Part shown: positions 20,817 to 31,610 of the stretch, one piece after another | Layout of the letters: the number at the start of each line of letters is the position of its first letter | Numbering within the stretch: the stretch's first letter is position 1 | DNA from: a virus | Direction: 5' to 3' (one strand) | Virus record (IMG/VR): IMGVR_UViG_3300028840_003168 | DNA length: 64,000 nt | Made by a program: the position numbers and the translations under genes | Notes under the pieces: model-generated | What the model saw: only the letters and a program-made list of their open reading frames with translations | Told to the model about the DNA's origin: nothing | The model's database searches: none

Positions 20817-22538
20817 ATGCGTAGGTTAGTGAATATCCCAGAGTTTGAAGTTCAAATCAGGTTAAGAAACAACCTTCTAGTGCAGCGAAGGGAGCAGCTG
20901 GACCTGACCCAGGCAGGGTTCGCCCGCATCCTGGGTATGAGTCAGAGCTCCTACAATCAGTACGAATGTATGCGTACCTCCCCGATGAATATGAAAACCG
21001 GCAGGTGGAAAGAGATACCTTTAAAGATAGCTGAATTCTGGGGCGAGAGTCCAGAGAACCTGTGGCCTGATGTAGTTAGGGCGATAAGGAAGGCTATGGT
21101 TAGGTTCAGGCTGGACGGAGAAGCTGCGCTGATGCTGGTTGGTCAGGCAACTAGGGAAATGTCTTCGTCACCTGAAGCCTTGTTTGAGTTCAAGGAGCGT
21201 GATCATGTTTTGGGTGCCATGGTCAAAACAAGTCTGACCCCTAGAGAGTCTGTGATCCTGTCTCGGAAGTTCGGGCTGGGTGACACAAAAGAACACACCT
21301 ATCAGGAATTGGCTGCCTACCTTGAAGTGTATCATAAAGAAAGACCCAGACAGATTGCCGAGAAGTCGTTGAGAAAGCTGAGGCATCGTGAGTGCTCAGA
21401 ACCTTTGAAAGAATATTTGGATATGGACCGAACGGATTTGAACCTTTTTGGTATATTACCTGATGTAGGTGACGATGCAGGAACCTACGATGAAAGGAGG
21501 TTGAGTATCCCAACTGTAAGTAAGTATTCAGACAGAACGACAAAGTGTCGCTGGTGCAGCAAACCTTTTTTGAAGAGAAGCTGGCTGGCTAGACATGAAA
21601 GAGGCTGTCTGGAACGGAACAAGACTCGTAAAAAAGCGAAACCAAAAGAAAGGAAACGCAAAATGAGTAGTAACAAAACGAATGAAGAGAAAGTCTGGAA
21701 TAATCCAGGGCAGGCGGGTGAGTTTATGTGGGTTCCGAAGGGAGACATAGAGATTGACCACACGTACCAGCGGGATGAGCTGTCTGGGCATGTGAACAAG
21801 ATGGCTAAAAACTTTACCTGGCGGTGGTTCGGAACCCTCTCGGTAGAGCGGAGGTCAAGTGGGAGGCTGTTCGGTATCGACGGCCAGCAGCGGCTCCTGG
21901 CCGCGCTCAAGCGCCCGGACATCACGGAAGTTCCCTGCATGGTTCATGTTTCAAAGGGGGTCAAAGGGGAAGCCGCAGACTATAGTGGGATAAACAATAA
22001 CAGAAGGAACCTCCAGGCTTATGACAAATTCAAGTCTGAGCTCACCCAGAAGATCCCTCTGGCGGTGAGGATCAACGAGATGGTTCAGAAGAATGGCTAT
22101 CACATCAAGTACAAGACCAGTGAACCTTATAGTTTCATGGCTATTGGTACGCTGTGGAGTCTGTCAAAGCGGGACGAAGCCACAACTGCTGAGGTGTTCC
22201 GTTACCTGGCCGCTATTGCCATTGACGGAGAACGCATCCACCAGCGGGTTTTCCACGGCATGTACCTATTCGTGCGCTATCAGCGAAGAGGCGGTTATGA
22301 TTTCCTGGCCGATAAAGAGAGGATGCAGGACTTGAAGATGCTCGGACTCAAGAACATCCCGAAGGCAGCCAAACGGGTATCCCAGGACGAGAGCCTGGAC
22401 TTTGAGGGTCCATCTGCCTACGCCTACGCCATTTTCCAGGAACTGAATCGGGATCTCCCGAAAAATCAGAAGATAAAGTGGTACGGGCCAAAGAACTCTA
22501 AGGAGTCCAAGGCAGAAGAAGCTAAAGAAGCTGCGTAA
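20817..22538 (+). CDS. XRE HTH + sigma70 region-4 + Zn-finger + ParB-like multidomain protein
   Basis: LTQAGFARILGMSQSSYNQYE (XRE); LTPRESVILSRKFGL...ERPRQIAEKSLRKLRH (sigma region 4); CRWC...H; IDHTYQR...IDGQQRL (ParB-like). Confidence 0.75.
   Translation: MRRLVNIPEFEVQIRLRNNLLVQRREQLDLTQAGFARILGMSQSSYNQYECMRTSPMNMKTGRWKEIPLKIAEFWGESPENLWPDVVRAIRKAMVRFRLDGEAALMLVGQATREMSSSPEALFEFKERDHVLGAMVKTSLTPRESVILSRKFGLGDTKEHTYQELAAYLEVYHKERPRQIAEKSLRKLRHRECSEPLKEYLDMDRTDLNLFGILPDVGDDAGTYDERRLSIPTVSKYSDRTTKCRWCSKPFLKRSWLARHERGCLERNKTRKKAKPKERKRKMSSNKTNEEKVWNNPGQAGEFMWVPKGDIEIDHTYQRDELSGHVNKMAKNFTWRWFGTLSVERRSSGRLFGIDGQQRLLAALKRPDITEVPCMVHVSKGVKGEAADYSGINNNRRNLQAYDKFKSELTQKIPLAVRINEMVQKNGYHIKYKTSEPYSFMAIGTLWSLSKRDEATTAEVFRYLAAIAIDGERIHQRVFHGMYLFVRYQRRGGYDFLADKERMQDLKMLGLKNIPKAAKRVSQDESLDFEGPSAYAYAIFQELNRDLPKNQKIKWYGPKNSKESKAEEAKEAA
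21438..21461 (+). promoter_or_regulatory. phage promoter motif copy, internal to CDS
   Basis: TTGAACCTTTTTGGTATATTACCT. Confidence 0.65.
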
Positions 22539-22555
22539 CCTACCTTTCTCACCGT

Positions 22556-22579
22556 TTCAAACTTTTTTGGTATATTCCT
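22556..22579 (+). promoter_or_regulatory. phage promoter motif copy
   Basis: TTCAAACTTTTTTGGTATATTCCT upstream of the methyltransferase. Confidence 0.75.
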
Positions 22580-22607
22580 TTATGTAACCAGCTGATGGAG
22601 GGCTGCT

Positions 22608-23339
22608 ATGAGTGTATCTATTTCGCATGGAGATTATCGCAAAGTTTTGAAGGATGTGGAGGCCGATCTTATCTTCACATCCCCACCTTACAACATTGGG
22701 TCGAAGTCGAAGAGAATCGACGGTTATCGCAGAAAGGGGAAGTACGACCCAAAGAGCTACGGGGCCATACGAGGCTACCCTGACAGCATGCCCGAGGACG
22801 TTTACCAGGACAGCCAGGTGGAGTTTCTCCAATGGGCTGCGGAGCACATGAAGTCGAATGGTGTCCTGGCGTACAACCACAAACCCAGGCGACGGGACGG
22901 TAGGATGGTCCATCCCGTGGAGTGGCTTGTACGTGTGCCTGAGCTTGCTCTGATGGAGGAGATTATCTGGGATCGCGGTTCTACCCACAATCACAGCAAC
23001 CGTCTTATGTGGCCCCATACGGAAAGGGTGTATGTGTTCCGCCTGACAGATGGGCAGTACCCCTTTCTGAATGCCAGGGATCTACGATTCAGATCGGATG
23101 TCTGGAGAATCAACCCGTCGAAGGCGAACGGTCACAACGCACCTTTTCCCGAGGAACTGGCCGAGGCGGTTGTGAAGGCTTGGTCACCTAAAGGAGGTCT
23201 GGTTGTGGACCCCTATTGCGGAAGCGGTACTGTAGGTGTGGTGGCGAAGAGGCTCGGCAGGAGGTTCAGAGGTTCAGAGATACTGCGAAAGTATTACGAC
23301 CTGGCGCAGAACCGGGTATGCGGAGATGTGGCATGTTAG
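22608..23339 (+). CDS. DNA N4-cytosine/N6-adenine methyltransferase (beta class)
   Basis: TSPPY catalytic motif precedes HNAPFP and VVDPYCGSGT. Confidence 0.9.
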   Translation: MSVSISHGDYRKVLKDVEADLIFTSPPYNIGSKSKRIDGYRRKGKYDPKSYGAIRGYPDSMPEDVYQDSQVEFLQWAAEHMKSNGVLAYNHKPRRRDGRMVHPVEWLVRVPELALMEEIIWDRGSTHNHSNRLMWPHTERVYVFRLTDGQYPFLNARDLRFRSDVWRINPSKANGHNAPFPEELAEAVVKAWSPKGGLVVDPYCGSGTVGVVAKRLGRRFRGSEILRKYYDLAQNRVCGDVAC

Positions 23340-24576
23340 GGGCATATCTGCGTAGTGGGTACCGAGCTGAGGACCCCAATCTGGACTACGACAAGCTCAC
23401 CGAGTCAGAGAAGCAGAAAATTGACGCGGCCCGGGAGTTCAACGAGAATCTGGAATTTCATACCAAAAAAGTACCAAATTATCCGCACGACCCTTCTAAA
23501 CATTTTCAGTGTCATTTTGCTGCACTTATAAACAGTAAGCTTGAACGAGGTAATGCTACTATCGGGATCTGGTTTCACTGCTGCATGCTCGATGCCTTGA
23601 TGATTTTTGTAGATCCCGAGACAGGCGCGACATTAGACCCCCACAGGATGACGTTGGACACCCATGTTTGCAAAGATAAAGAGGCGGAAGTGGATATTTT
23701 GATTTGTACCTCCAAGTCTCTTTTAAGGGACGCTGCTCTGGAGGCTGTCAAAGTGCAGATAGACTCTTTTGAAGGAGTACTCAAGTCCAAGGGTGGGAAA
23801 CCTGTTAATTTGCGAGACTTGGAGAAAGAACGCAACCGTCTTTTAAACGTGTGGGTGGGCAGACCTTTTCAGATACACGAAAAAAGGTCTCTCAGAGAGA
23901 GGTGGAAACAGATTGATCGTGACGCTGGTGTTGCCGTGCATATATGTTACCCCAAGCCGATTACAGTTGCCTTGTTTGACAGGGAATATGTTGGTCATTC
24001 TTTGGAGCGATCTAAGGAGCTGGCCTTACATCATCTCCGTCACTCAGTCTATATCGATGAGTTCTACACGGCCAACGATAGTGAGTCGATGTTCGACTTA
24101 TTTTGCCGTATCGTAAACTCATGACAGACCTTGAACAAGCCAGAGCAGCGATGCTTGCCGAGTCAGAGAAAGGTACTAAGTGTCCTTGCTGCGGCCAGAC
24201 CGTGAAGCTCTACAAGAGGAAGTTACATGCAGAGATGGCAGACTTCCTGGTGAAGCTTGTGAGGAAGTATCGCAATCATCAACGGTACTATTCCACCAGG
24301 GAGCTGCTGCCGGATGCGGTTAAAGCTGCCACGGACGGGTCCTACTTGGTGAAGTGGGGGCTCGTCGAGAAAGTTGACAGCTCTAACACTGCCGGCGGTA
24401 AGGCAGGGTTGTACCGACCAACCCCTATGGGAGTGGATTTTGTCATGGGCCGCATCAATGTGGTCTCACACATCCACATGCTCTGCGGAGTCTTTGTGGG
24501 CTACAGTGATACCTACGTGTCTATCAAGGATTGTCTGGGTGAGGACTTTGATTACCCGGAGCTCATGACTAGCTGA
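23333..24576 (+). other. two hypothetical CDSs (23333-24124, 24121-24576 with CPCCG)
   Basis: Coupled ORFs. Confidence 0.65.
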
Positions 24577-24600
24577 TCAGATCCCCAAACCTCACATCCC

Positions 24601-24623
24601 CAAACTTTTTTGGTATATTACCT
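24601..24623 (+). promoter_or_regulatory. phage promoter motif copy
   Basis: CAAACTTTTTTGGTATATTACCT, then AGGAGG. Confidence 0.75.
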
Positions 24624-26772
24624 CTAGGAGGTTCCGCATGAATGTACCTGTCACCAGAGAACAAAAAGCATTGCAGGCCCAACAGATGTTGGGCGAGTCC
24701 TTGGGATTGGGACTGGCCGCTGAGAGAGTTCTGGAAATGGCCAAGGCCAGCTTCGGTAGCTACGACGATAAGATTGCTAAAGTTTTGAGGGAGGCCTCCG
24801 TCCAGCTCAAGGACCAGGCTGCTCGGTACAAGGCCAAGTACGATGTGTACGTCAGTGAGAACGGGATACTCCGGGGGGAGGTTCCCGAGTGACCAACGAG
24901 TCTGCCAAAACAGCTTTCGCTGTAATAGGGGTGATCGCTGTCTCCGTGTTCCTGACGTTGACCGTGATAGCCACCTGGGATCTTGAGACTAAACGACAAC
25001 ATGCCGAGGAGGAAAAGATGAGTGACGGAGCACCCCGCGTAAGTAATCCCGGAATATATACAGGTGGACCCTCACAGGTCATGACCTGGAAGTGGGAAGT
25101 TTCCAATGTCACTTCCAGGTTTCCTGACCCGAAGCACATGGACGACATGGAGGACAAGCTCAAGATGGGGTGGGAACCCTTCGGGGTAGCCATCACTGGA
25201 CCCGGTATGGTCACAACCTGGTTCAAGCGCCAGGTTGAGGTACCTTATGAGAAGCCCAAGGAGAAGCCCGATGAATGAGTTGACTTTGAACAAAGGGGAT
25301 CTTCGTCAGATATGTAAGTTGCTCTCGCAAAACGGAAAGACCCCTGCGATACAGAGGCTGGCAAACCTGGCTGACGCATCCTGTGAGAAGACTCGCGGAC
25401 TCGAAGGAACATTTAAGATCAGCAAGGAAAAACTGGGATACGTAGTCATTGACCCTGCTCTGGTGGAACGAACAGGAGTAAACCGATGCAAAAGATACCT
25501 GAGCATCTCAGGATAGACGACAAGGTGGACACGATTTGGGACTGGTGTTTGGTGAGGTACCAGAAGGGCAACGGCATGTGTTGTGGGCCTCTTTCATTAC
25601 ACGGAGGTTCACCGGACGTGCTGGGGTTCCCCGGAGGATACATAGGCCCGGAGGTTCTTACCTTCGAGACCCCGCAGAAGGCCCAGAAGTTCCTCGATGA
25701 CAACCCTCGCCTGGGCGGTGCCGTGGACAAGGTACAGCGGGTGGACTCTTTAGAGTTCCTTGTGTCCGTGTTCAACAGTTATGATTGCACAACCAAAGTG
25801 ATCTACAGAGGCAGCGACCTGCTGGAGGTTCGGAAAGTCTACTTTGCTCAGGTGGGTCGGATTCAGTTGATAGGCTTTTCTTATCGTAATGTGCAAATCA
25901 GTTTGGTGACCGACTCGAAGCCGAAGGAGAACTCCGATGAGTGACTTGGAGGGTAAAACAGCAATAAAGAGAAGCAATGGTGCGATTGGATCTTATATGT
26001 TTATTGGTGAAATTGGAACAATACTCGAACATGATCTTGAGTTATCCAGAGTTTATATAAAGGGAGAGAACTTTAGTACATGGGTGTACTTGCGTAATGT
26101 AGAAATACTATGTGATAGGGAGAACTCCGATGACTCTTGATACCGACATGGTTTGCTGGGAATGTGGAACAGAGATGGAACCCGAGAAGCGTGTGGGCCT
26201 GTTCCTGAAGTTCTACTGTCCGAAGTGCGTTGATGAGTATGAGGATGGTAAGCTCAAGTTCGATGCTGAACCAATACGCAGACAGTTCGATGAGGAACCA
26301 GAAGCTACTCTCAAAATGGTAACCGCCGAACTTGAAGATACTACTACTCACTGGTCGGAGGACAACGACATCAAGCTGGCATGCCCCTTCTGTAGGGAAT
26401 CGACCATGAATGTGGAAATAGAATCCGATAGAGAGGTAGTTTGGAGGTGTTCTAATTGTGATCATATTGAGAACATGCCGAAGAAGCAGGACGAGACAAT
26501 CATATCATGTACCAGATGTAGCACCGCGCTAGTTGTCCAGAATGTAGGTGATGGAATCACCACGCACTGTCCCAATTGTGGAGGGTATAGTGATTCCGAG
26601 GTGCGTGTGTTACTCACCAAGGACGAACTTACACAACTCCTGGCATCTCACAGGATGGCAGTGGAGTTCCATAAACTTGTTGGTGCTGGACGAGGAGAGA
26701 CCATCAGGCACTTACATATACTGGAAACTCTGTTGACCAAATTGGAAAATGTTCTGGAGAATTTTGATAAAG

Positions 26773-26821
26773 AAAGGCGGGGCGATGGGTAAACCACGAA
26801 CAGAACCAATACTAGGCACTC
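26773..26821 (+). repeat. 49-bp direct repeat, copy 1
   Basis: AAAGGCGGGGCGATGGGTAAACCACGAACAGAACCAATACTAGGCACTC, identical at 28046-28094. Confidence 0.9.
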
Positions 26822-28045
26822 CACAGGATACCATACGACTTTTGAGGTCTAACATAGCTGTTTTACGCGCCGAGCTTGCCGAGGTGAAAAAGGAATTGGC
26901 CGAAACACAAAGGGATAGAAATTACTGGCGCGATAAAGCAAAAGGAAACGGTTAACGAAAGGCGGGGCGATGGGTGATGTAATAAAGTAAGGAAGGGAAG
27001 AAAATGAAACTCGAAACAGGTTGCCGCATTCTCAAATGTGAAAGCGAGGGGTGATGGATGATTTAGACAAGCTGCACGATGAACGGATGCAGTATGCCCG
27101 TGACTACATATCTGACCTTGAGCAAAAATGGAGACAATACGAAATAGACCATATGGCGGAAGTAAATGCGACCCCATGCATGTATAAAGGAGACAAAGGC
27201 AGTGTGCCAAGGCCCCCATTTATTGACACGGCTGTTTTAGATATTGCCCGCCTGGCCGCAGACAAAGCTGTTTTGCAACGACAGCTTGCCTCAGTCAAGG
27301 CCGAGCGTGACGGGCTAAAATACGATTTAAAATGCGCGATGAAATTGAATGTGGATCGCAATGCCGAGGCCGACACGCGGCGGAATAAAATAGCGGCGCT
27401 GGCCGTTGAAAACGCGCGGCTGAAAGTACAGCTTGCCGAGTGTAAGGCGGACCGGGATGCATGGTGTGATAGATGCGCAAACGTTGAGCACGCGTTTGGT
27501 GTATTGCAAAAAAAACACGACACTCTAAAAGGCGACATCGCCAACATGAGCTTCTGATATAGCAGAACTAGAGAAGGAGCGGAATAAGCTGCATAAGCAG
27601 ACTACAAACAAGGAGCGGGGCGATGGGTGAAAATAAATATTACGTAATAACGCAATGTGATACACCAATAGAAATAGTTATAGGTAGCATACAAGAGGCA
27701 GACGAAAGGCTTTTGTCTTGGAGGGAAGGGGACACGTCAGATCATTATGAGTGTTTAGAGGTGGATGTATTCCGGCCACCAAAAGAAAGAAAGGCGGGGC
27801 GATGGCAATTAGTAGCTACATAACATGTCGTGTCTGTAAGGAAGAGGTCAGGGTGATGCACTCTGTGCGTGGCCCTACTCCTACTATCTGTAGAGATTGC
27901 AAGGAAAAAGAGTCTGACAAAGAGAGGACAAAATATCTTGAAGGGCTTAAAAAGTTATCGTTGGAAGATAGAATAGCGCGAATAGAGGAAGCTTTATATG
28001 ACCAGCCTCCAGTTCGTCGTAGTGTGCGAGACATCATAATAGGAT

Positions 28046-28094
28046 AAAGGCGGGGCGATGGGTAAACCACGAACAGAACCAATACTAGGCACTC
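28046..28094 (+). repeat. 49-bp direct repeat, copy 2
   Basis: Identical to 26773-26821. Confidence 0.9.
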
Positions 28095-30298
28095 TAGCGG
28101 ATATGGGGATTGTATGTCTGCGTAAAATGTGGCGACAGGCAGCCGAACACCGTGGCGACTATGTATGAGAAGGAGGAACCATGAAAACGCAATGGCAGTT
28201 GCTCTTGGTAGCTTTAGGTTTGTTTGTCGGACTCTTCATGGAAGAGACTGTGGCTTTGGCTACTACTCTTTGGCTGGTATTGTTCGCTGCTGTTATGATT
28301 GTGCGTGACGCTGTGCGCCACTACCGGTCCATAAAATCATATAGGGAGAAACAATGACCCAAACAAAAGACGAAGGCTACCTAATCCGGTGCACCCGTGA
28401 GAGCGACGGCGAAGTAACCTACTTGCGCCTATCCGCTGGTCGCCACTATCTGTGTGGGATGTTCGGTCCGTGTTTCCGCACTCCCTACGGTGATTTATAC
28501 CCCGTCCTAATCATCCCTGACGAAAGCCGAGACGATGGATAATAATTTAGACATGATGAAACGTGAACCACTGTTAAGGGAAATCGAAAAACTCCGCGCC
28601 GAGCTGGTCGAGGTGAAGGCGGAACGGGATGCGCTGCGGGAAACAAACCGAGCCTTAGAACTAAACGCCACCGAACGGCTGGATAAAAAAGCGGCTAGAA
28701 TCGATAATCTGGAAAATGAACTTGCGCGGGTTGTAGACAAACGGGATGCGCTGCAAGCACGGATTGATGGGGCGGTTAGGGGGTTTGGGCTATTTTCTCG
28801 CGGTATGCCAAAGGATTCGCTAGTGGAAGCACGACCGCGAGATCACTTTTCATTTGATATAAACTACTTCAGGGTTTTCCCCGTCCTAATCCTAAAAGAC
28901 GAAAGCAAGACCGAATGACAAGTCATGTTCAATGGCTGGATGCGGAACCCGAAAGAACGAAACAACAGGAGAAGGAGCGTGTCAAACTACACCTGGCAGT
29001 GGACAGGGCTGTGGACTTGATTCATGAGAGCATAGGCAGCTGTCCTGCAAACGTCTTCAACTGGGACAACAACTGTGAAGAGAAGTGTGGAGCCAGGTCA
29101 GAACGCAGGTTCGCTTGGAAAGAATGTTGGAGAGATTATTTACTAAGGGAGGAGTCATGACCACAGCCGCCTGCCCGATATGTCACCACCCACAGAATGA
29201 GTGCATGTGTACCACTAAGGTCGGTGTTATCGATGTTGCACCCATGCCGCAATGGACCTGTGAGATCTGTGGCAGAATGCAATTAGGGGTCACGCCCAGC
29301 GAGTGTACGTCACCACTATGTTCCAGGATCAAGTTGTTGGAAGCTAAGATAACCTACTTGGAGGGAGGACTTCACCTGATCAGAGGTGAGATGTTGCTGA
29401 AGAGAGAATCCGATGACCAAAGCTAAACTCATAAGTCCTGGCGACGAGTACAACGAGCATACCTGCATCACAGCTGCCGAACTTCGTGAGATGGGGTTCA
29501 AAATTCCAGAGCACATTCCCAACTGTGCATGGGTGCCGCGGGATAGCTTGTTACCTGTCGGTGACTTGAGTATAGAAGCTGACAGTCATGATAACAGCAG
29601 GTTCCACATGTCACTTTTCACCAGGTTCACCAAACCTTTTAAGTGGATTGGTGCTGATGTGGTGATCCCAATGGAGAAAACTGATGAGTGAAAGGTCCAA
29701 GCTCATAGACACCGTTCAGCTAGGTGAGCATGCCTTGAATATCATCACCACAAAAGTTCTGAACCCAGACGAGGCAATCCTAGTCTCTTTCCCGTCCAGG
29801 TACCCTGGCGAATCCTTGGACGACTATCTGGAACGTGTGGCGAGAAGCAAACGTTGGGCAAAGCTGGTGAACCTGGGAAAGAAGAAAACTGATGAGTGAC
29901 GCTTTCAAATGGTTTTGTGAAGAAAGGTGTGAACATCGAACCGTGGCCCAGGCTTTAGGGGAACCCCAGGCCAGACATCCTTACTGCAAACTGAGAAGGG
30001 ATACTCCTCCATTATGTGGCGACATCGGTTGTTCCATCTGGAGGCAAAATAGAATCCATATCGAGATTGCCTACGAGAAGAGAGGGAAACATGAACCTCA
30101 GGAAACTTGAAACAGCCATGGCCGAGGCCAAGAGGTTCCTTGCCAAGGCCAAGGTTCTGAAAGACCGCATGGACGGTGACACGAGCTACTACTGGATGGG
30201 CACCAAGGAGAGTGGTGCTGTCAAACGTTCCAGCATGGATCTTACCCGAGCACTGGCCGAGTTAAGAAAACCCAACTAACCTCTGATAGGATAAGCCC

Positions 30299-30724
30299 AT
30301 GAACCAGTACCAAAAGGGATACCAGAACCCGATTACCAACCGGCAGCGCCAGGTGCTGGATGTCATTGTGACCCACCTGCTCGACAAGGGGTATGCGCCT
30401 ACTCTGCGGGAGATAGGTACCTCCATGAAAATCAACTCCACGAACGGGGTGTCTGACCACCTCCGGGCCTTGGAGCGCAAAGGTTGGATAAGGGTGGCCG
30501 AGATGCAGTCCAGAGGCATCACGCTGACCGAGAAGGCCAAGACTGACTATTACCTAGAACCAATATCACCACTTGAAAGAAGGGCTCTGGAGGAGGTTCA
30601 GGACCTCATCAAAGAGTTCCCATACAACCTGACTCTGGGTACATGCTCGGACCCTGTGGATGGTGCTGAGAAGGTCATCGACAAACTGAAGGGCATCCTG
30701 CAACGAGCCGAGATGGAGGCATAA
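30299..30724 (+). CDS. LexA-like repressor, DNA-binding domain only
   Basis: TNRQRQVLD...GYAPTLREIG...STNGVSDHLRALERKG; no Ala-Gly site or Ser/Lys peptidase domain. Confidence 0.85.
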   Translation: MNQYQKGYQNPITNRQRQVLDVIVTHLLDKGYAPTLREIGTSMKINSTNGVSDHLRALERKGWIRVAEMQSRGITLTEKAKTDYYLEPISPLERRALEEVQDLIKEFPYNLTLGTCSDPVDGAEKVIDKLKGILQRAEMEA

Positions 30725-30726
30725 CG

Positions 30727-31557
30727 ATGGACACTTTGAAACTTACCCTTCCGCACATGCACGGACCCGCGGTGAAGCGGCTCCAGGAATTCGGAGATCT
30801 CCTCGGGTATGACTACGGACCCAATGATGGAATCTTCGGACACGATACAGAGCTGGTTGTGCTGGACCTTCAGAAAGCCTTCGGGCTGCGCCAGGACGGC
30901 GCCTGTGGCCCGAAGACGTGGAAGGCCATACTTGACCACTTAGACAAGGATCATGTCCCTGAAAGCGGTATTATCGACATCATAGGGCAACACCAGAGGC
31001 CCAAGCTCTACGCCAGACCCAGACGTTGGAGCGACATTAAAGGTGTAACTCTTCACCAAACAGGGTGCAAAATGCCTGCGGACCCCCAGAAGTGGAGGAG
31101 GTTGAACGCTCATATCGGACTCCCGCGGGATGGAGGTATTGTCCTGGTGAATGCCATGACCGACATGATCTGGCATGGCCAGGGACTGTCCCAGCACACC
31201 ATCGGTATCGAAATCGAGGGTAACTTCATGGGTGTTGAAGGTAAGCCAAACACCTTATGGAAGGGTGGAGGGCCTGCGGCCAAGCTCACCGATGGCCAGC
31301 TTCTCGCTGCTCATGAGCTGTTCAGGTACCTTCAGAAGCAGTTCAACGACAATGACCAGGTCTGGGTGGTGGTCAGAGGTCATCGGCAGTCCTCCAAGAC
31401 GCGCCACGGCGACCCAGGTTCCGCGATATGGGAAGGCATTGCCATGCCATGGATAAGCCAGCTCAACGCCACTGACGGCGGTCCCAAGTGGTCCACGGGC
31501 TCAGGAAGGCCCATTCCCAGGGACTGGAACCGAACCTATCCAGGTACCTACTGGTAG
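30727..31557 (+). CDS. endolysin: peptidoglycan-binding domain + N-acetylmuramoyl-L-alanine amidase
   Basis: VKRLQ...DGIFG..T...DGACGPKTW (PG-binding); VTLHQTG, IWHG, IGIEIEG, GHR..DPG (Amidase_2). Confidence 0.85.
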   Translation: MDTLKLTLPHMHGPAVKRLQEFGDLLGYDYGPNDGIFGHDTELVVLDLQKAFGLRQDGACGPKTWKAILDHLDKDHVPESGIIDIIGQHQRPKLYARPRRWSDIKGVTLHQTGCKMPADPQKWRRLNAHIGLPRDGGIVLVNAMTDMIWHGQGLSQHTIGIEIEGNFMGVEGKPNTLWKGGGPAAKLTDGQLLAAHELFRYLQKQFNDNDQVWVVVRGHRQSSKTRHGDPGSAIWEGIAMPWISQLNATDGGPKWSTGSGRPIPRDWNRTYPGTYW

Positions 31558-31572
31558 GAATTTTCATAACCC

Positions 31573-31597
31573 TTCAAACTTTTTTGGTATATTACCT
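31573..31597 (+). promoter_or_regulatory. phage promoter motif copy
   Basis: TTCAAACTTTTTTGGTATATTACCT, then AGGAGG and ATG 31611. Confidence 0.75.
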
Positions 31598-31610
31598 CTA
31601 GGAGGTGAAC

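Larger units (their letters stand above)
24638..30279 (+). other. hyperplastic array of ~20 small hypothetical CDSs (includes multi-Zn-ribbon 26130-26792 and coiled-coil 27051-27557, 28535-28918)
   Basis: Dense coupled ORFs with repeated junction sequences. Confidence 0.6.

Noticed and set aside
26773-28094. Transposon, att sites or CRISPR
   Set aside because: No transposase or integrase. The repeats coincide with RBS/start codons and spacing follows gene length.
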